Shown piece after piece: positions 38,866 to 51,992 of a stretch of DNA of 64,000 bases. The DNA is from Selaginella moellendorffii (Eukaryota; Plantae; Lycopodiophyta): the NCBI RefSeq assembly GCF_000143415.4, contig NW_003314310.1, positions 986,611 to 1,050,610 on the forward strand, written 5' to 3'. Position numbers and translations under genes: made by a program. Each line of letters opens with the position of its first letter. Within the stretch, counting starts at the first letter, position 1. A model generated the notes under the pieces. It ran no database searches, had not been told where the DNA came from, and saw only the letters and a list, made by a program, of their open reading frames with translations.

Positions 38866-41800
38866 TGTAGTGCACGTGGTTTTGACCCTTTATCCTATGG
38901 TGATTTACCATAGGATAACACCACGAAGCGGAACCTAAACCCTCTTTGTGCCACGTGACAGATGCCACGTGTCACATGCCACGTGTCCATGCCATGTGTC
39001 CATAGGAACCCGAAGTTCAAGGCCTTGGGCCATTGAACGAAGGAACGGTGCCAAACTCCCAAGCATGGAGCCAAGGAGTGACGGAACCGAACCACGGAGC
39101 AACTCCCGAGCATAAAGCCCAAGGAGTGAAGGGACAGGAGCCCGGAGTGACTTGGAACAGTCCTGGAGCAACTAGCATCCCAATGCCAGGACCAGCACAC
39201 AAAACGGAGCCAAACGGAGTCTGGCGCTATTTCGGCATACCGGTGGCCTAACGCGAGGATATGGGTACTCCACCAACTAGCATGGAATGGAACTTGGGCT
39301 TAGACCCAAGCCGGACGCAAAACAAGGACAGGCACGCAAGCGGGAGCTAGACTATGCCTCAGGTTGGTCGGCCATGCCCGACCTACCCACTATCCCTACT
39401 ATACATTTGGAACCCCCCACAGCCCCCCCCCCCCTTGAGGAACACACGCTTTGGGCTTTCACCCCAAGCCTCCCTTAGTATCAGGAGTTAGTCTCTGGGA
39501 CAAGCTCGAAACTTACTAAATATGGAATGTCCTTAGATTGCGAATTTGGACACGGGACGAACACCATTGTGTTCAGGCCGATCTCTACATTCCGTAGATA
39601 TGCCAAATGAGCAAATCTGGACACTTTCCATAAATAGCATTTGGGACCGAAATGAGACTAACACAAAGGGCATGATAGCGAGGGTGTTTGGCAGACACGG
39701 TAAGCTATCATCCAGCAATATTGAGGGACCAATCTCAATACGCGAGGGTTCTTGTCAAGCCAGTGCAAGACAGAGCAAAAGAGAACTAACAAGCCGGGCC
39801 AAGTATGCTCAGCTAAATAGACACTTAGGAATTCCTTCCTTATGCTCATCCGGCCAAGTACAGATGCAAAGTCTAGTTTACTAACACTTGAACAAGAGGG
39901 GCCAATAAAGGGAACCAGCAGTACCGACCTCCTGCCATCGTGGCAGTAAGGTAAGAGTGTCCGTAAGGACTAGTCGACAGGTAACTTTCGATACCCGAAG
40001 TCACATGCGCGACACTCTCCCCCCCTAGGGAAGATCGACGTCCTCGTCGATGCATACTCGAGTCTAGAATACCGCCAAGGAAACAACTCCAGAAAAAGTT
40101 CACGGTACTCACACTATGTGAGAAATGCACCAACTTAAATGAGTTAGGGGGCAACCTCTTTGTCTAACGCGGATGCGCTACCAGCTCAGACACCTTTCAG
40201 CCGTCGCCGACAAGGAAATGACCAACGGAGTTAGCCACCCTTGCTGCTCTGGGAGTCACCCAGCTTACAAAAGTGTGATATGCCCTGCCCGCAGGAACAT
40301 AGAGAGAGAAGCCAGAAGCCCCAACCCTCCTAAGCAAAGAAACCAAACCCGTCGGTAAGGTTTAGATAGACTACTGTAAACAGGCAGTTAGAGTTGTTTA
40401 CACGGTCACGCCCTTTTAACGGAATAAGGAACATCGACAGAGAGGCGGGTTATGTGACTAGTCTACAGTAGCTACCCCATGACTAGAGATTTCAACATGC
40501 ACACGAAGTGCCGAAGCCAGTCCGCCTATACTAGCCCAAACTCAAAGATCAATAGATGGACAATATCAAAGTCAGAGACAATGATATTTTAGAAGGTTAA
40601 TTATCAGTGATTATATCTTAGAGTAGAACACAAAAGTATTCTAAGCAAGTTATCATCCGATAAACCAATAGTATTGTACAGGAACCACCAAGATCATCAT
40701 AATTGGTAAATATAGGATTCACCATCAAACAAAATTCAATAGCAAGTATATCATCAAGTAAACTCAATGATAAAGTTTAACTATTAAAGATTGCAGATAG
40801 AATACTAAACAACTTACGAAAGACAACTCAAAGAACACAAAGTATCATTGACTGATAAGCAAAATGCTCGCGAATGTATCACCCAAAGGAAATAACATCC
40901 AAATCTATCAAAACTAACTTGAGCAACAATCAACAGAAGAGAATGAATGTGGTAAGACCAACAAACACTCATTCCTGCCAACTATCACAAAAACTAATCT
41001 GAATAGATCCCAGCCAACAATACCAAGGAACTCAAGTTGCCTAAGCAAGTGTCAGCAACATCCTACTAATGTCTCAAACCCAAGAGACCAATCCAAAGCA
41101 AATCACAAAGAACATGTGATATTGCGAAAAGCCACAAGCCATCAAAGAGAACAACTAACAATCATGAAAGATCATCAATCATCCCATCAATAAAGAGATG
41201 CATAATCATCGTCTAAGAAAGAATCCACTACCTCAAAGAGCAACGAATCATTCTATATCAACAACAACCAAGCAAAACCCTTGACAAGGATAATCAACTA
41301 TCTTAGATGATAATTAATCATCACCAATGATTGCCAGATGCAAATACTAACGTCAACATCGAAGCTAATGAGCCAAAATGCCTTCCCCAACAACTTCGAA
41401 CAAATGGAACAACGATCATAAAACTCAAAGAACCAAAAGCTCGAAGAAGTCTATAGCTAAGTCTTGCCTAATAATGATCACAAGCTTTGCATAAACTAAC
41501 TTCAATGCTAAAGAAGAAATCATGGTACAACCCACAATATCCTCCTCAACACATCCATAAGCTAAACTTCATAATGCAAAGCTAATGAAGAGCATGTCTG
41601 CATCAATCCAAAAGCTAAGCATAACAAAGCTATGCTTAACAAGTGATCATCAAACGATCCTCCATGAATCCATCTATAGCAAGACGTAACTCACATCATA
41701 ACAAGCACAAGAAGAATCATCAATGATCGATATATTCCAACTCAAATCCAATAAGGATTCAAACATTCTAATATCAATCACTAACTCTTCCGCTTGTAGA

Positions 41801-44800
41801 GTTAGCATAGTTCACGACTGAATCACTTTTCAAGGAAAAGCTCAAAGCTCAACCCCTACTAAATAATCTCGTTTAGAACACAACTAACTCAAACTTGCCA
41901 CTCAGTTCATTTGAACGTCAACATAGTTGCTAATTAGCAAATGCACGAATGCTAATAACACAAAGCTATAGCCAAATCATCGACACTATCTTCATCAAAA
42001 CTAATGAAACTCGACATCAATCTTGCGGAGAGACATCTCATTTCACTAAAATCTTAACATCAACAATGTCAACAACAAGGCATCACTTCAATGCCATCAA
42101 CACTAGAACAAAGCGAGAAGAAAGCACGAGTGTATCACCACTCAAAACTCTCTAGCAACTAAGCTAACCAAGGTCGAAGATACTTTACTCGAGTATCCGA
42201 GACTAATTCTTCAACAATACTCAGTTACAGATAACACTTCATCAAGGAGTGAATCACCACATCCAAGACTCCATGAAATCCAACACTATGAACTAAACGC
42301 AACCAAATGATATCAACAGAGGTAGAGTCGATATGCCAACATGGAAAACCCACGTAAGTCTAACAACACAATCCTCCGCAACCCCATTCGGTAAAGCAAG
42401 CCCATCACTGCTAAATCATCATCGAGTGAAGCAAGTGTCAATAGTCTTTTGACAAAGTCTACAAGCAATCATTAGTCGCAAAGCAACTAACAATCACTCT
42501 TTCAACTTGCCTTCACAAGACCAAAACACTAAACTCATGTCATCGAGTCATACACTTGTCCAACATGAACACGATACCTCCGGTATGAGATAAAAGTTCA
42601 TAGACAAGCACAAACCAAATGACCACTCAAATCCAACTCAACCACGATAAGCTCACCAAAGCATTTAGCCATTAGCTCTGAGCATGCCTTGAAGAGGCTA
42701 GCTAAGCATGATCAACACTTAGTCGAAACTAAAGTGAAGACCATGAGATGGACTTATATCGGTACACAACCTCCTTATAGACAAAGCTATAGTACGGGTA
42801 CCAACATCTCAAACTCAAACAACTAAGTTGGACATCACCATTCTCAGCCAAGGCGCAAGGCCACCAAGACTAAGTCAAGATCAGTGAGAGCTCACTACTC
42901 TCATAGAGTCTAACAAAATGCAAAGTGCAACCTACCACCAAGCATAACGCTACAAAAGAAAGGCACAAGGGTCACCTTTCTGGAAAAGTGCAACGGCCAC
43001 TTTTCTACACTAACTCCAGACTCTATCCAACTCAATTGCCTTAGCCCTAAAAGTTAGCATCCCTTTCGGGTCGCATCATACAAACTACTTACTAAGATCT
43101 AAGCCAACCGAAGTCAACTCCAACCCCTTCACTAGTTTGTATTGGCTTTTGAAAATGGAATGGTTTTCGAGCAAAGTGATAACAGATCAGCCATTGGAAA
43201 AGTCTAAGAAAATTTGTGGAAAAAAAAATCTTCCAATCCTAGAAAAAGAATGACTCTCAGTCTAGGAATTCAAATTTTCAAAACTCAACCAACTTCCTCC
43301 TACTTACAACTTCACATAGGTTCACCTCAACACAAATTCTCATGACCTATAGTATGCTTAAGCCTCGAACATCTTTCTGCCCATTTTTCCAATATCCAAC
43401 ACCGACATCCGTAAAATGCAAAGTGAACATCCAAGGCTTGATCACGAAGACCACATCTTCGGATATCCACATTGCACTAACACTCTTCTTCAACCACCTT
43501 CAAGATCCAATGTGAAGCTAAAACACTAACAAGAAAAATGACATAGAAAATCAAGCTCTAAGGAAAATCCTCACCACTTGAAATAACAATGCCACTTCCA
43601 CTAACACAAGTGTTAGCGATGTCAATGCCTCAACTACACACCTTCTCCATCCAACAATCTACTCCAAGTGTTAACGAATCAACTTATGAGCTATAGCAAA
43701 TGAATGCTACAACCCTTTCCAACACCTTATGGGCAAACCCTCAAGGAAACAAGGAACCAACTTAAGCTTAGCATAATGGACCATCATCGAGAATCCAGTC
43801 AAAGCTACTACAATGCTACTTTGTGCAAGTAGACTAGCTTCACCATCAACCACTTTGGGGTTGATCATCATTTAACCAGCAACTTCGTAAACACATTGCT
43901 CATTATCACATGGATATGATATAGAAATCACAATGACTTGATCATCAATTGAGCAACACCACGAACAATGCCAATGTCATTACTTCAAAGGTTTACATGA
44001 ATATCAAGTGCCAACTCAACTTGACAGAATGCAACATAAATGCCACACTCTACCGATAGAGATTTACAACACCCAATACCACTAACTTTTGTTCACAACA
44101 CAGACAAGCTCATGCCCCTCACTATCCGATCAAAAACTCAAGACTTAACCCAACACCAAGCTACTCAAGGAGCAATAGCTAGGTTCCCCGGAAAAGAATT
44201 GAGCATTGTAACCCAAGTCTTCCAATAGCGAGCTTAGACAAAATGGTTTAACGCTTCACCGCTATCCATCCCATAACTCACCATTTGTAAGACCATCATA
44301 ATCAACATGCATCAAGATAGGGACTCTTGATTGCATAATGTGAATACGAGCAATGAGTCAACACCTCGTTGCAAATCATCTCTCCAAGAAGAAAAGATGA
44401 TTTACGTGTTTGATCCTCCGTCCCCGATGACTCTCTTTTCGGTCTCATCTTTGACCAAACCTCAAGCTTGCTTTCACACTGCCTTCAGTCCAATCCAAGA
44501 AAAGTTTATGAGAGAGCACAACAATGATTACTTGAACCAATAGACTAACCCCTACAGTCTTAGTTGATCCACTTGTAATCATGCCTAGGAAAGATCTACT
44601 AGTGTCGTGCTAAACAGCTACGGACCAGCCTATTTGCCACTCATAGCAAACCCAGGGAAAGTTTGCTTTCACCCATGGTACATAGAACAACTTATGGAAC
44701 TACCGATAGGCTAACATTAATCCTGCCAACTCAAAGTTTAATCTCGAGTTGCTAATGTGCCTCACTCGCGAGCCCAAGCATAAACTCGTGCTAACGGAGC

Positions 44801-46155
44801 ATCTCAAATCCATCCTATGAGCCCAAGAGCAAGCTCACATTGTTAGGTACAAAAGGTAACCAAAACCATACCCAAGGAACGAACGTGAACCCCTTGCACC
44901 AAACGTGTACTCAATCGGACCATCGTTTTCATCTCTGCGTATGCAACGAGACTAGTTGCCCAATCTCATTGTATAGTACTCGCTGAGACTTACTCTCTGA
45001 TACCAAATGTAGCGCACGTGGTTTTGACCCTTTATCCTATGGTGATTTACCATAGGATAACACCACGAAGCGGAACCTAAACCCTCTTTGTGCCACGTGA
45101 CAGATGCCACGTGTCACATGCCACGTGTCCATGCCATGTGTCCATAGGAACCCGAAGTTCAAGGCCTTGGGCCATTGAACGAAGGAACGGTGCCAAACTC
45201 CCAAGCATGGAGCCAAGGAGTGACGGAACCGAACCACGGAGCAACTCCCGAGCATAAAGCCCAAGGAGTGAAGGGACAGGAGCCCGGAGTGACTTGGAAC
45301 AGTCCTGGAGCAACCAGCATCCCAATGCCAGGACCAGCACACAAAACGGAGCCAAACGGAGTCTGGCGCTATTTCGGCATACCGGTGGCCTAACGCGAGG
45401 ATATGGGTACTCCACCAACTAGCATGGAATGGAACTTGGGCTTAGACCCAAGCCGGACGCAAAACAAGGACAGGCACGCAAGCGGGAGCTAGACTATGCC
45501 TCAGGTTGGTCGGCCATGCCCGACCTACCCACTATCCCTACTATACATTTGGAACCCCCCACAGCCCCCCCCCCCTTGAGGAACACACGCTTTGGGCTTT
45601 CACCCCAAGCCTCCCTTAGTATCAGGAGTTAGTCTCTGGGACAAGCTCGAAACTTACTAAATATGGAATGTCCTTAGATTGCGAATTTGGACACGGGACG
45701 AACACCATTGTGTTCAGGCCGATCTCTACATTCCGTAGATATGCCAAATGAGCAAATCTGGACACTTTCCATAAATAGCATTTGGGACCAAAATGAGACT
45801 AACACAAAGGGCATGATAGCGAGGGTGTTTGGCAGACACGGTAAGCTATCATCCAGCGATATTGAGGGACCAATCTCAATACGCGAGGGTTCTTGTCAAG
45901 CCAGTGCAAGACAGAGCAAAAGAGAACTAACAAGCCGGGCCAAGTATGCTCAGCTAAATAGACACTTAGGAATTCCTTCCTTATGCTCATCCGGCCAAGT
46001 ACAGATGCAAAGTCTAGTTTACTAACACTTGAACAAGAGGGGCCAATAAAGGGAACCAGCAGTACCGACCTCCTGCCATCGTGGCAGTAAGGTAAGAGTG
46101 TCCGTAAGGACTAGTCGACAGGTAACTTTCGATACCCGAAGTCACATGCGCGACA
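38866..46155 (-). mobile_element. Second full-length non-autonomous LTR retrotransposon, family A
   Basis: LTRs 38866-40014 and 45008-46155 are nearly identical. TSD GGCAG (38861-65, 46156-60). PBS ctctgatacca 44995-45005. PPT ctctccccccct from 40015. Confidence 0.95.
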
Positions 46156-46224
46156 GGCAGCTTGCGAGGCGATGAAGACAGTAGTAGCAGGATTTTGCTC
46201 CTGGAAGAATTGTTTGTGGCCTGT

Positions 46225-47012
46225 GACAGGCATTACGAATGACAGCAGGGATCCCTGTGCCGACACCTTTCGCACAGCAACACTGCCAATGCTTAGGCAC
46301 TTTGGTGTTCCAGTCGAAGGCCTAGAACTCAAGGTTGTTGCCCGCGGAGCTCCTCCCTTGGGTGGCGGTGAGGCTGTCCTCAAAGTTCCCATTGTCCCCA
46401 AGAGCCTCACGGTCAGTTTCTCCAAACTCCTCTTCTTTTCTTTCTCTCCTCGCTAAGAATCCTTCGCCAGGCTGCTACATGGGTGGACAAGGGCATGGTG
46501 AAACGTATCCGAGGAGTGAGTTACTTCACACCCGTCTCACCTCATATGGCCAATCGAATGTGGTGTGCTAAAGCGCTTGCTCCCCGACATGTACATCTTT
46601 ACTGATCACTACACTGGTTCGGATTCCGGGAAGTAAGTTCCATGATTTTGTGCTGCAAGGTAAACGTTTTTCATCTTGCTTCCTTTGTCATGGCACAGAT
46701 CTCCGGGCTATGGAATCTCACTGGTGGCAGAAATGACCACCGGCTGCATTTTAAGCTCCGAGTGCGTGGCTACGCATTCTGGAGCATCCGAGCTCCAGCT
46801 TCCAGAGGACCTGGGGATGCAAGCAGCCATGTCCTTGCTACAGGAGATAAAAGTTGGGAGGAGTTGTAGATTCAACTCACCAGGTATCTATCTGTGAAGC
46901 TGGAAAGGAAAGAAGTCGATCTCACAAACTTTCCTGTTTGCCATACAGGGGTTGCTGTTCCCGACCATCAAAGAATTTCTGGGAGTGCAGTTTGGTATCA
47001 AGCCTGACCCAA
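46225..47012 (+). pseudogene. RCL1: RNA 3'-terminal phosphate cyclase-like (RCL1) gene fragment with introns (Helitron cargo)
   Basis: GITNDSRDPCADTFRTATLPMLRHFGVP..GAPPLGGGE..; GMVKRIRGV; SPGYGISLVAE; LPEDLG..EIKVGG/VVDSTHQ; IKEFLGVQFGIKPDP. Has internal deletions. Confidence 0.9.
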
Positions 47013-48047
47013 ATCAGTTACATGGAACTTTTTCTAGAAGCCATCGGTCTTTTCCAGCAGCAGCGCATCCACTCTCCTTGATGTGCACAGCGATTCAAGC
47101 TGCGGCCTCAAACTCCAGCCAGCCATCCACGACGATCATCTGCCTCTCATCGTCATCATCTGCTGATGCTCCCACTGAAGATAAGAAGCTGGAATACACT
47201 TTGGACGCATTCACTATGTCCGTCACTACCAGCTGGGGGCTCTTGAAGTCCGGATGGCGGTGAGCTCCCGGAGGAACTTGAGCATGCAGCTGAAGATCGA
47301 GAACATTTTCCCATTAGATGTCTCCCGCATCAAACGTTGATGTCTTTTAGTGACTCAAGAACAGCATGAGGCATGGGCATTTTAGACACAATTGGTGGAA
47401 AAAGCATCTTAACCTGCAAAGAATTCCAATGAAACCAGTTCCAGTTAATAAGGAGACACTTTGTATCTCCCGAACTATTTTTTGCTGTATATCCTGATGA
47501 AAATGGGAGTAAGAGGTGTGAGAAAAATTCCAAGTTGAACTAACTCACAGTGAAACCCTGCCTTCCCCCCCACCGCAATATAGACTGTAGTTCAAAGTTC
47601 GTTACTTGAGAACAAAGAGTGAAAAATAAGTCATGATGAGAACTCCCCAAATCTCATGAACTGCACAAATCTAACTTAATTTTTCACAGGCATTTTGCAC
47701 AGGCATCTGCCTATCCTCACTCAAAAGTAGTCACTTTACTTTTAGACCACATTAGATCAGAAGTGCAAAAGATCAAAATGTTGAAACCATATTAGAAGTA
47801 AAAAGTAAGGTTTATTACTAGATGATTAAGGTTTCTCTCAAACAGACATCATTTTTTGGCTAAATCACAACTGTGGGGGTATTTAACAATAAAAGTATAT
47901 ATTATATTTTTATATGTAGCTTTAGTTATTTATAATTATCAGAAAAACTACGATAATGTATGTAGTATTTGATTAAACATTAATATTTTAAAATATTTTT
48001 ACTAATTTATTAGTATATAATACTATGGAATATAAGATTTGAATTTA

Positions 48048-48072
48048 TTATATATATATATATATATATATA
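48048..48072. repeat. (TA)n microsatellite in the AT-rich Helitron 3' region
   Basis: tatatatatatatatatatatata. Confidence 0.95.
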
Positions 48073-48969
48073 CAAATAATTATTTTTTGATTGGATCTGG
48101 GTAGCAATATATTAATGTTTCTAAAAACTTATTGTTTTATATTTTGAGTAAAACTTATAATTAATTAATGTCCTGCAGTAATTATTCTCTTTTATTTGTT
48201 TTTACTTTTTTATTTGTCAATTTGTTTCTAAATATATTCATATTTCCAAATAATAATTTGTATATAATATTTTTATGAATGAATATTTTATCTTACTTAT
48301 GCCTAAGAATATATTTTGTTCTAAATAGTTATATTATCAAGTTTAAAAAATTTAGCTTTTTATTCATCTAACATTTTCTAGGCATAATTCTCTCAATCAA
48401 AGTGGAATATAATATTTGTTGTTTTAATACTATTCTAATTTAGTTTTTAATATATTAAAAAATCAAAACAGTATTTTGCTAATTACACAGCATATGCTGG
48501 GCAAGTGCTAGTTCTGCAATAAAGAAATTCATTGCTAAGAGGATAAAGATAACACCTAGTGATTAAAGCACTATGCCTCTGATACCATGTGAAGAGAAGC
48601 TAGCCTCTCCACCTAAAACTCTAAAAAAAGAGAGCAGCTCTCACAAAATAGGAAAAACAGCTAAGAAGCTTAAATTGAAGGAATGTGACTCAAGCCACTT
48701 GACTTGACTCTAACAGTGGTAAGACAGGATGGCATTAATGGCTGCCACATTCTCTACTTTGGTGGCAGGAAGACCCTTTACTCCAGAGATACATACCACT
48801 TAAACAAACAAAATTGTGGCTAATGTCTCTTGTGTTTATAATTGAGTTAGTGGTCTAAACCACCGGGCCGTCGGATGAAGATCGTGCGGTCCCTGACGAT
48901 TCTAGGGCGCCACTGAGCTCTCCGGATCATCGATCCCAGCGCGCGGCGGCGAGGATTTCAACTAACGAA

Positions 48970-50660
48970 ATGGACGAGGAATTGGCTAACGTGCAGGCTC
49001 AAATCGGACGTCTTGAGCCGCAGATCGAAGCGGCTGGGGAATCTTTTCTCTTTGCCTTTGAGAGTGGCAATCAATTTCTGGCGGAATATTGGCAGAAGAA
49101 GGAAGAGCAGCTGCGGAAGAAAAAATTACAGCTGTGGAAGGAGGAACTCCTCCTCCTCAAATCTAATTGTAAGTCATTCTTTGTGTATTTCGATTTGGGG
49201 CGTTTTGCTGTGTGTTGTGGATTATGTGTGGTTCCATTGGCTGCTTTCGGCCATGGTTAAAGAGGTAGCTTCAGTTCGCTTTTATTTTGGGTTGCTGGGA
49301 GTGTGGCTATGGTGGCTTTTGGCTATGCTGCCGGTGGACGCATGCTCCCTTGTGCATCCTTGGTCGTCCTTGTATGGCTATGGCTGTTGAGACCCTGGTT
49401 TTTTCTTCTAGATCTAATACTAACTTTGTTTTGTTCTGAATGTTGCAGTGCGCGGATCTGGTAAGCAATTGCGAAAGCCCTTTGTTTCCTTGCACATGCA
49501 TCCCCATTTTCTGTCCAGTTCTTGGTATTCCATTTGTCCAGTTCTGGATGCTACTTTAATGCTGTCTGTCTAGTAATAGTTGGGTGTCTTCTCTTTGGGA
49601 TGACTGGTATGCTTTTCGGCCTGACACTAGAGTTTGCTCAGTTCTGCTCACAAGTCTGTGCGTTCCTCCAAAGCCCCCTTGTTTGCTTTTCATGTCTGTC
49701 TTGTGTTTTACTTGGTCATTCCCCGATGCCTTTTCTTTCAAATTTCGTCGCTGCTGCCCTCTCTGTCGAGACCCCTTAACCTCTCAGATCTGTGTTGCGA
49801 AATCCCTGACCATAACCACACATGGAAGAGATGACTAAGGATCCCTTTCTCCTCTCCCGCAGCAGCCTCTCTGTCACCCGGAGCAGCAGCAACTCTTTAT
49901 CCCGGAGCGGCTCCACTGTCCTGCTTTGCTTTCCCTGTCTGGTCACGGTTAAGGATTTTTGCTTCCTGAATCTGTTTCTTTCTTTCTGTGTGGATATCTG
50001 GTAATCTCCGCATCCTTGTGGTCATTCTCACCCCTGTTTGCCCTTTGGCTGTGTTTAATTCTGTGTCCATAAACTTTATTGTGCCTCTCACAGCGCCAGC
50101 GCCACCACCAGCGGGACTTCGTCCAGCCGAGATTGACGTGCCTGGTATGAATGATGTCTAGGGGACTGAAAGCCGTAATTTTTTGTGTCAGACAAGATCG
50201 CCTGGGCCAAGAAGCTGAACGAGAATCTGACCGGACACTGACTGGACAAGCCATGCGACTTTTCGGGAGCTCCATACTCCCGCTTTCTCTGGAATGGAGT
50301 AAAACATACATGTACATGGGTCGCTCACTCTTACGGAGATAAAAAGTTTCGTATTGACCTTGAGACACGGCACTGACAACCTTCCTGGAACTCTGGGCTC
50401 TGGGAAGACCACTGCTCTTGCTACTGTGGCTGGATATCTTCGGCAACTTTGGAAGAACACCTCCAAGAAGGTCGTCTTTATCAATGACGAATGTTTCATT
50501 GACAATCCCTCGAGGACAATGTGGGTGGCTCTTTTGCTGAGCTACATAGACGACTTTCCAGCCGAGCTTTCATGCCGGGGGGTGGACCCTGAAAGTATTA
50601 GAATTTTGGATCCTGATGCCGGGGGGTGGACCTTGAAAGTATTAGAATTTTGGATCCTGA
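48970..50660 (+). pseudogene. Crinkler-like gene copy 3
   Basis: MDEELANVQAQIG..; GTLGSGKTTALATVAGYL..; ~45-bp local duplication at 50577-50665. Confidence 0.7.
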
Positions 50661-50674
50661 TGCTGCAGATAAAT

Positions 50675-50930
50675 GAAGTGAGTGTTGTGGAAGATTTCAA
50701 TCCTTGTCCCCCTCAGGATTTTCCAGAACTTGCTTAGCCAGAACATCTTTCAGGTACACTGGTTTTTTGCTCTTCTTCAAAGCTTTCTCTTCCTTTGTTA
50801 TCGGAAAACTTCACCTTTGGCTTGTACATATGCTGGGATCCTTCTTCTTGATCTTGGCTAGCATCTCTAAAATTAGTATCTTTGCAGCACTCCATCCAGT
50901 CTTCCTCATTTGATGGCAAATTCATGTCCA
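50675..50930 (-). pseudogene. KRI1: KRI1-like fragment, copy 3
   Basis: Paralogous to 24545-24830. Confidence 0.65.
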
Positions 50931-51992
50931 CAAGCCTACACTTTTGAAGCAATGCCAATTTTGGCGGATAATAATTCAAAGTTGAAGAGATCAGAATACT
51001 CTTTCTTAAGCTAGTCAATTGCTATAATATAAAGACTGTTGGAGGGGTTTGAGAAATAAAGGAGCAAAATAAAAATATTGAATAGAAACATTTATTGGAA
51101 GACCAAAGTGATGGGAAGTAAATGTAAAAAGAAATAAAATAAAAATAAAGGGAAGGAAAAAAAATTAAAAAGTTATGAAAAAAAAGGAAAAGTCTCAAAT
51201 ATGCAATCCTAAAAACCATTTGCAATAATAAAAGCTCAAACTCAAGATTGCTTACATTCACCACATATATGCATTTGTATAATTATTGCTATAGAAAATG
51301 AAAATTGATTTTGTTGTTAGTATAGATGATTTTGCCACACAATGCAACTGTAAATGGCAATGTGTGGCAACAAGCCAAGCAATAAAATATAAACCCACTA
51401 ACCTTTATCAACTTTTATCATTTTGTCATTCCAAACACCACAAGCCAAAATCCCCACCTCATAAACCAGAATTCTGCAACAAAGAAATTCATTGCTCCAT
51501 CTCTCCAAAAGGATATAGATGACACCTAGTGTCTAAAGCACTATGCCTATGATACCATGTGAAGAGAAGCTAGCCTCTCCACCTAATACTCTAAAAAAAG
51601 AGAGCAGCTCTCACAAAATAGGAAAAAAAACTAAGAAGCTTAAATTGAAGGAATGTGACTCAAGCCATTTGGCTTGACTCTAAGACAGGATGGCATTAGT
51701 GGCTGCCACATTCTCTACTTTGGTGGCAGGAAGACCCTTTACTCACAACCTCCAGAGGGATGAGCACACCTATACATACCGCTTAAACAAACAAAATTGT
51801 GGCTAAGTTTTCACTTTTTGTCTCTTGTGTTTATAATTGAGTTAGTGGTCTAAACCACCGGGCCGTCGGATGAAGATCGTGCGGTCCCTGACGATCATCG
51901 AATCCCTAACCCTAGCTAATATATAGGGCGCTCTTGATCGCTCTCCGGATCATCGATCCCAGCGCGCGGCGGCGAGGATTTCAACTAACGAA

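Larger units (their letters stand above)
38465..48511 (+). mobile_element. Non-autonomous Helitron carrying captured gene fragments (2.75 kb excluding the nested LTR element)
   Basis: 5' TCTACTACTATAAG; 3' palindrome cagcatatgctg followed by CTAG (48508-11). Inserted between A and T of ccagaa|ttctgca with no TSD; the site is intact in sister units (~25357, ~51471). Confidence 0.9.
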
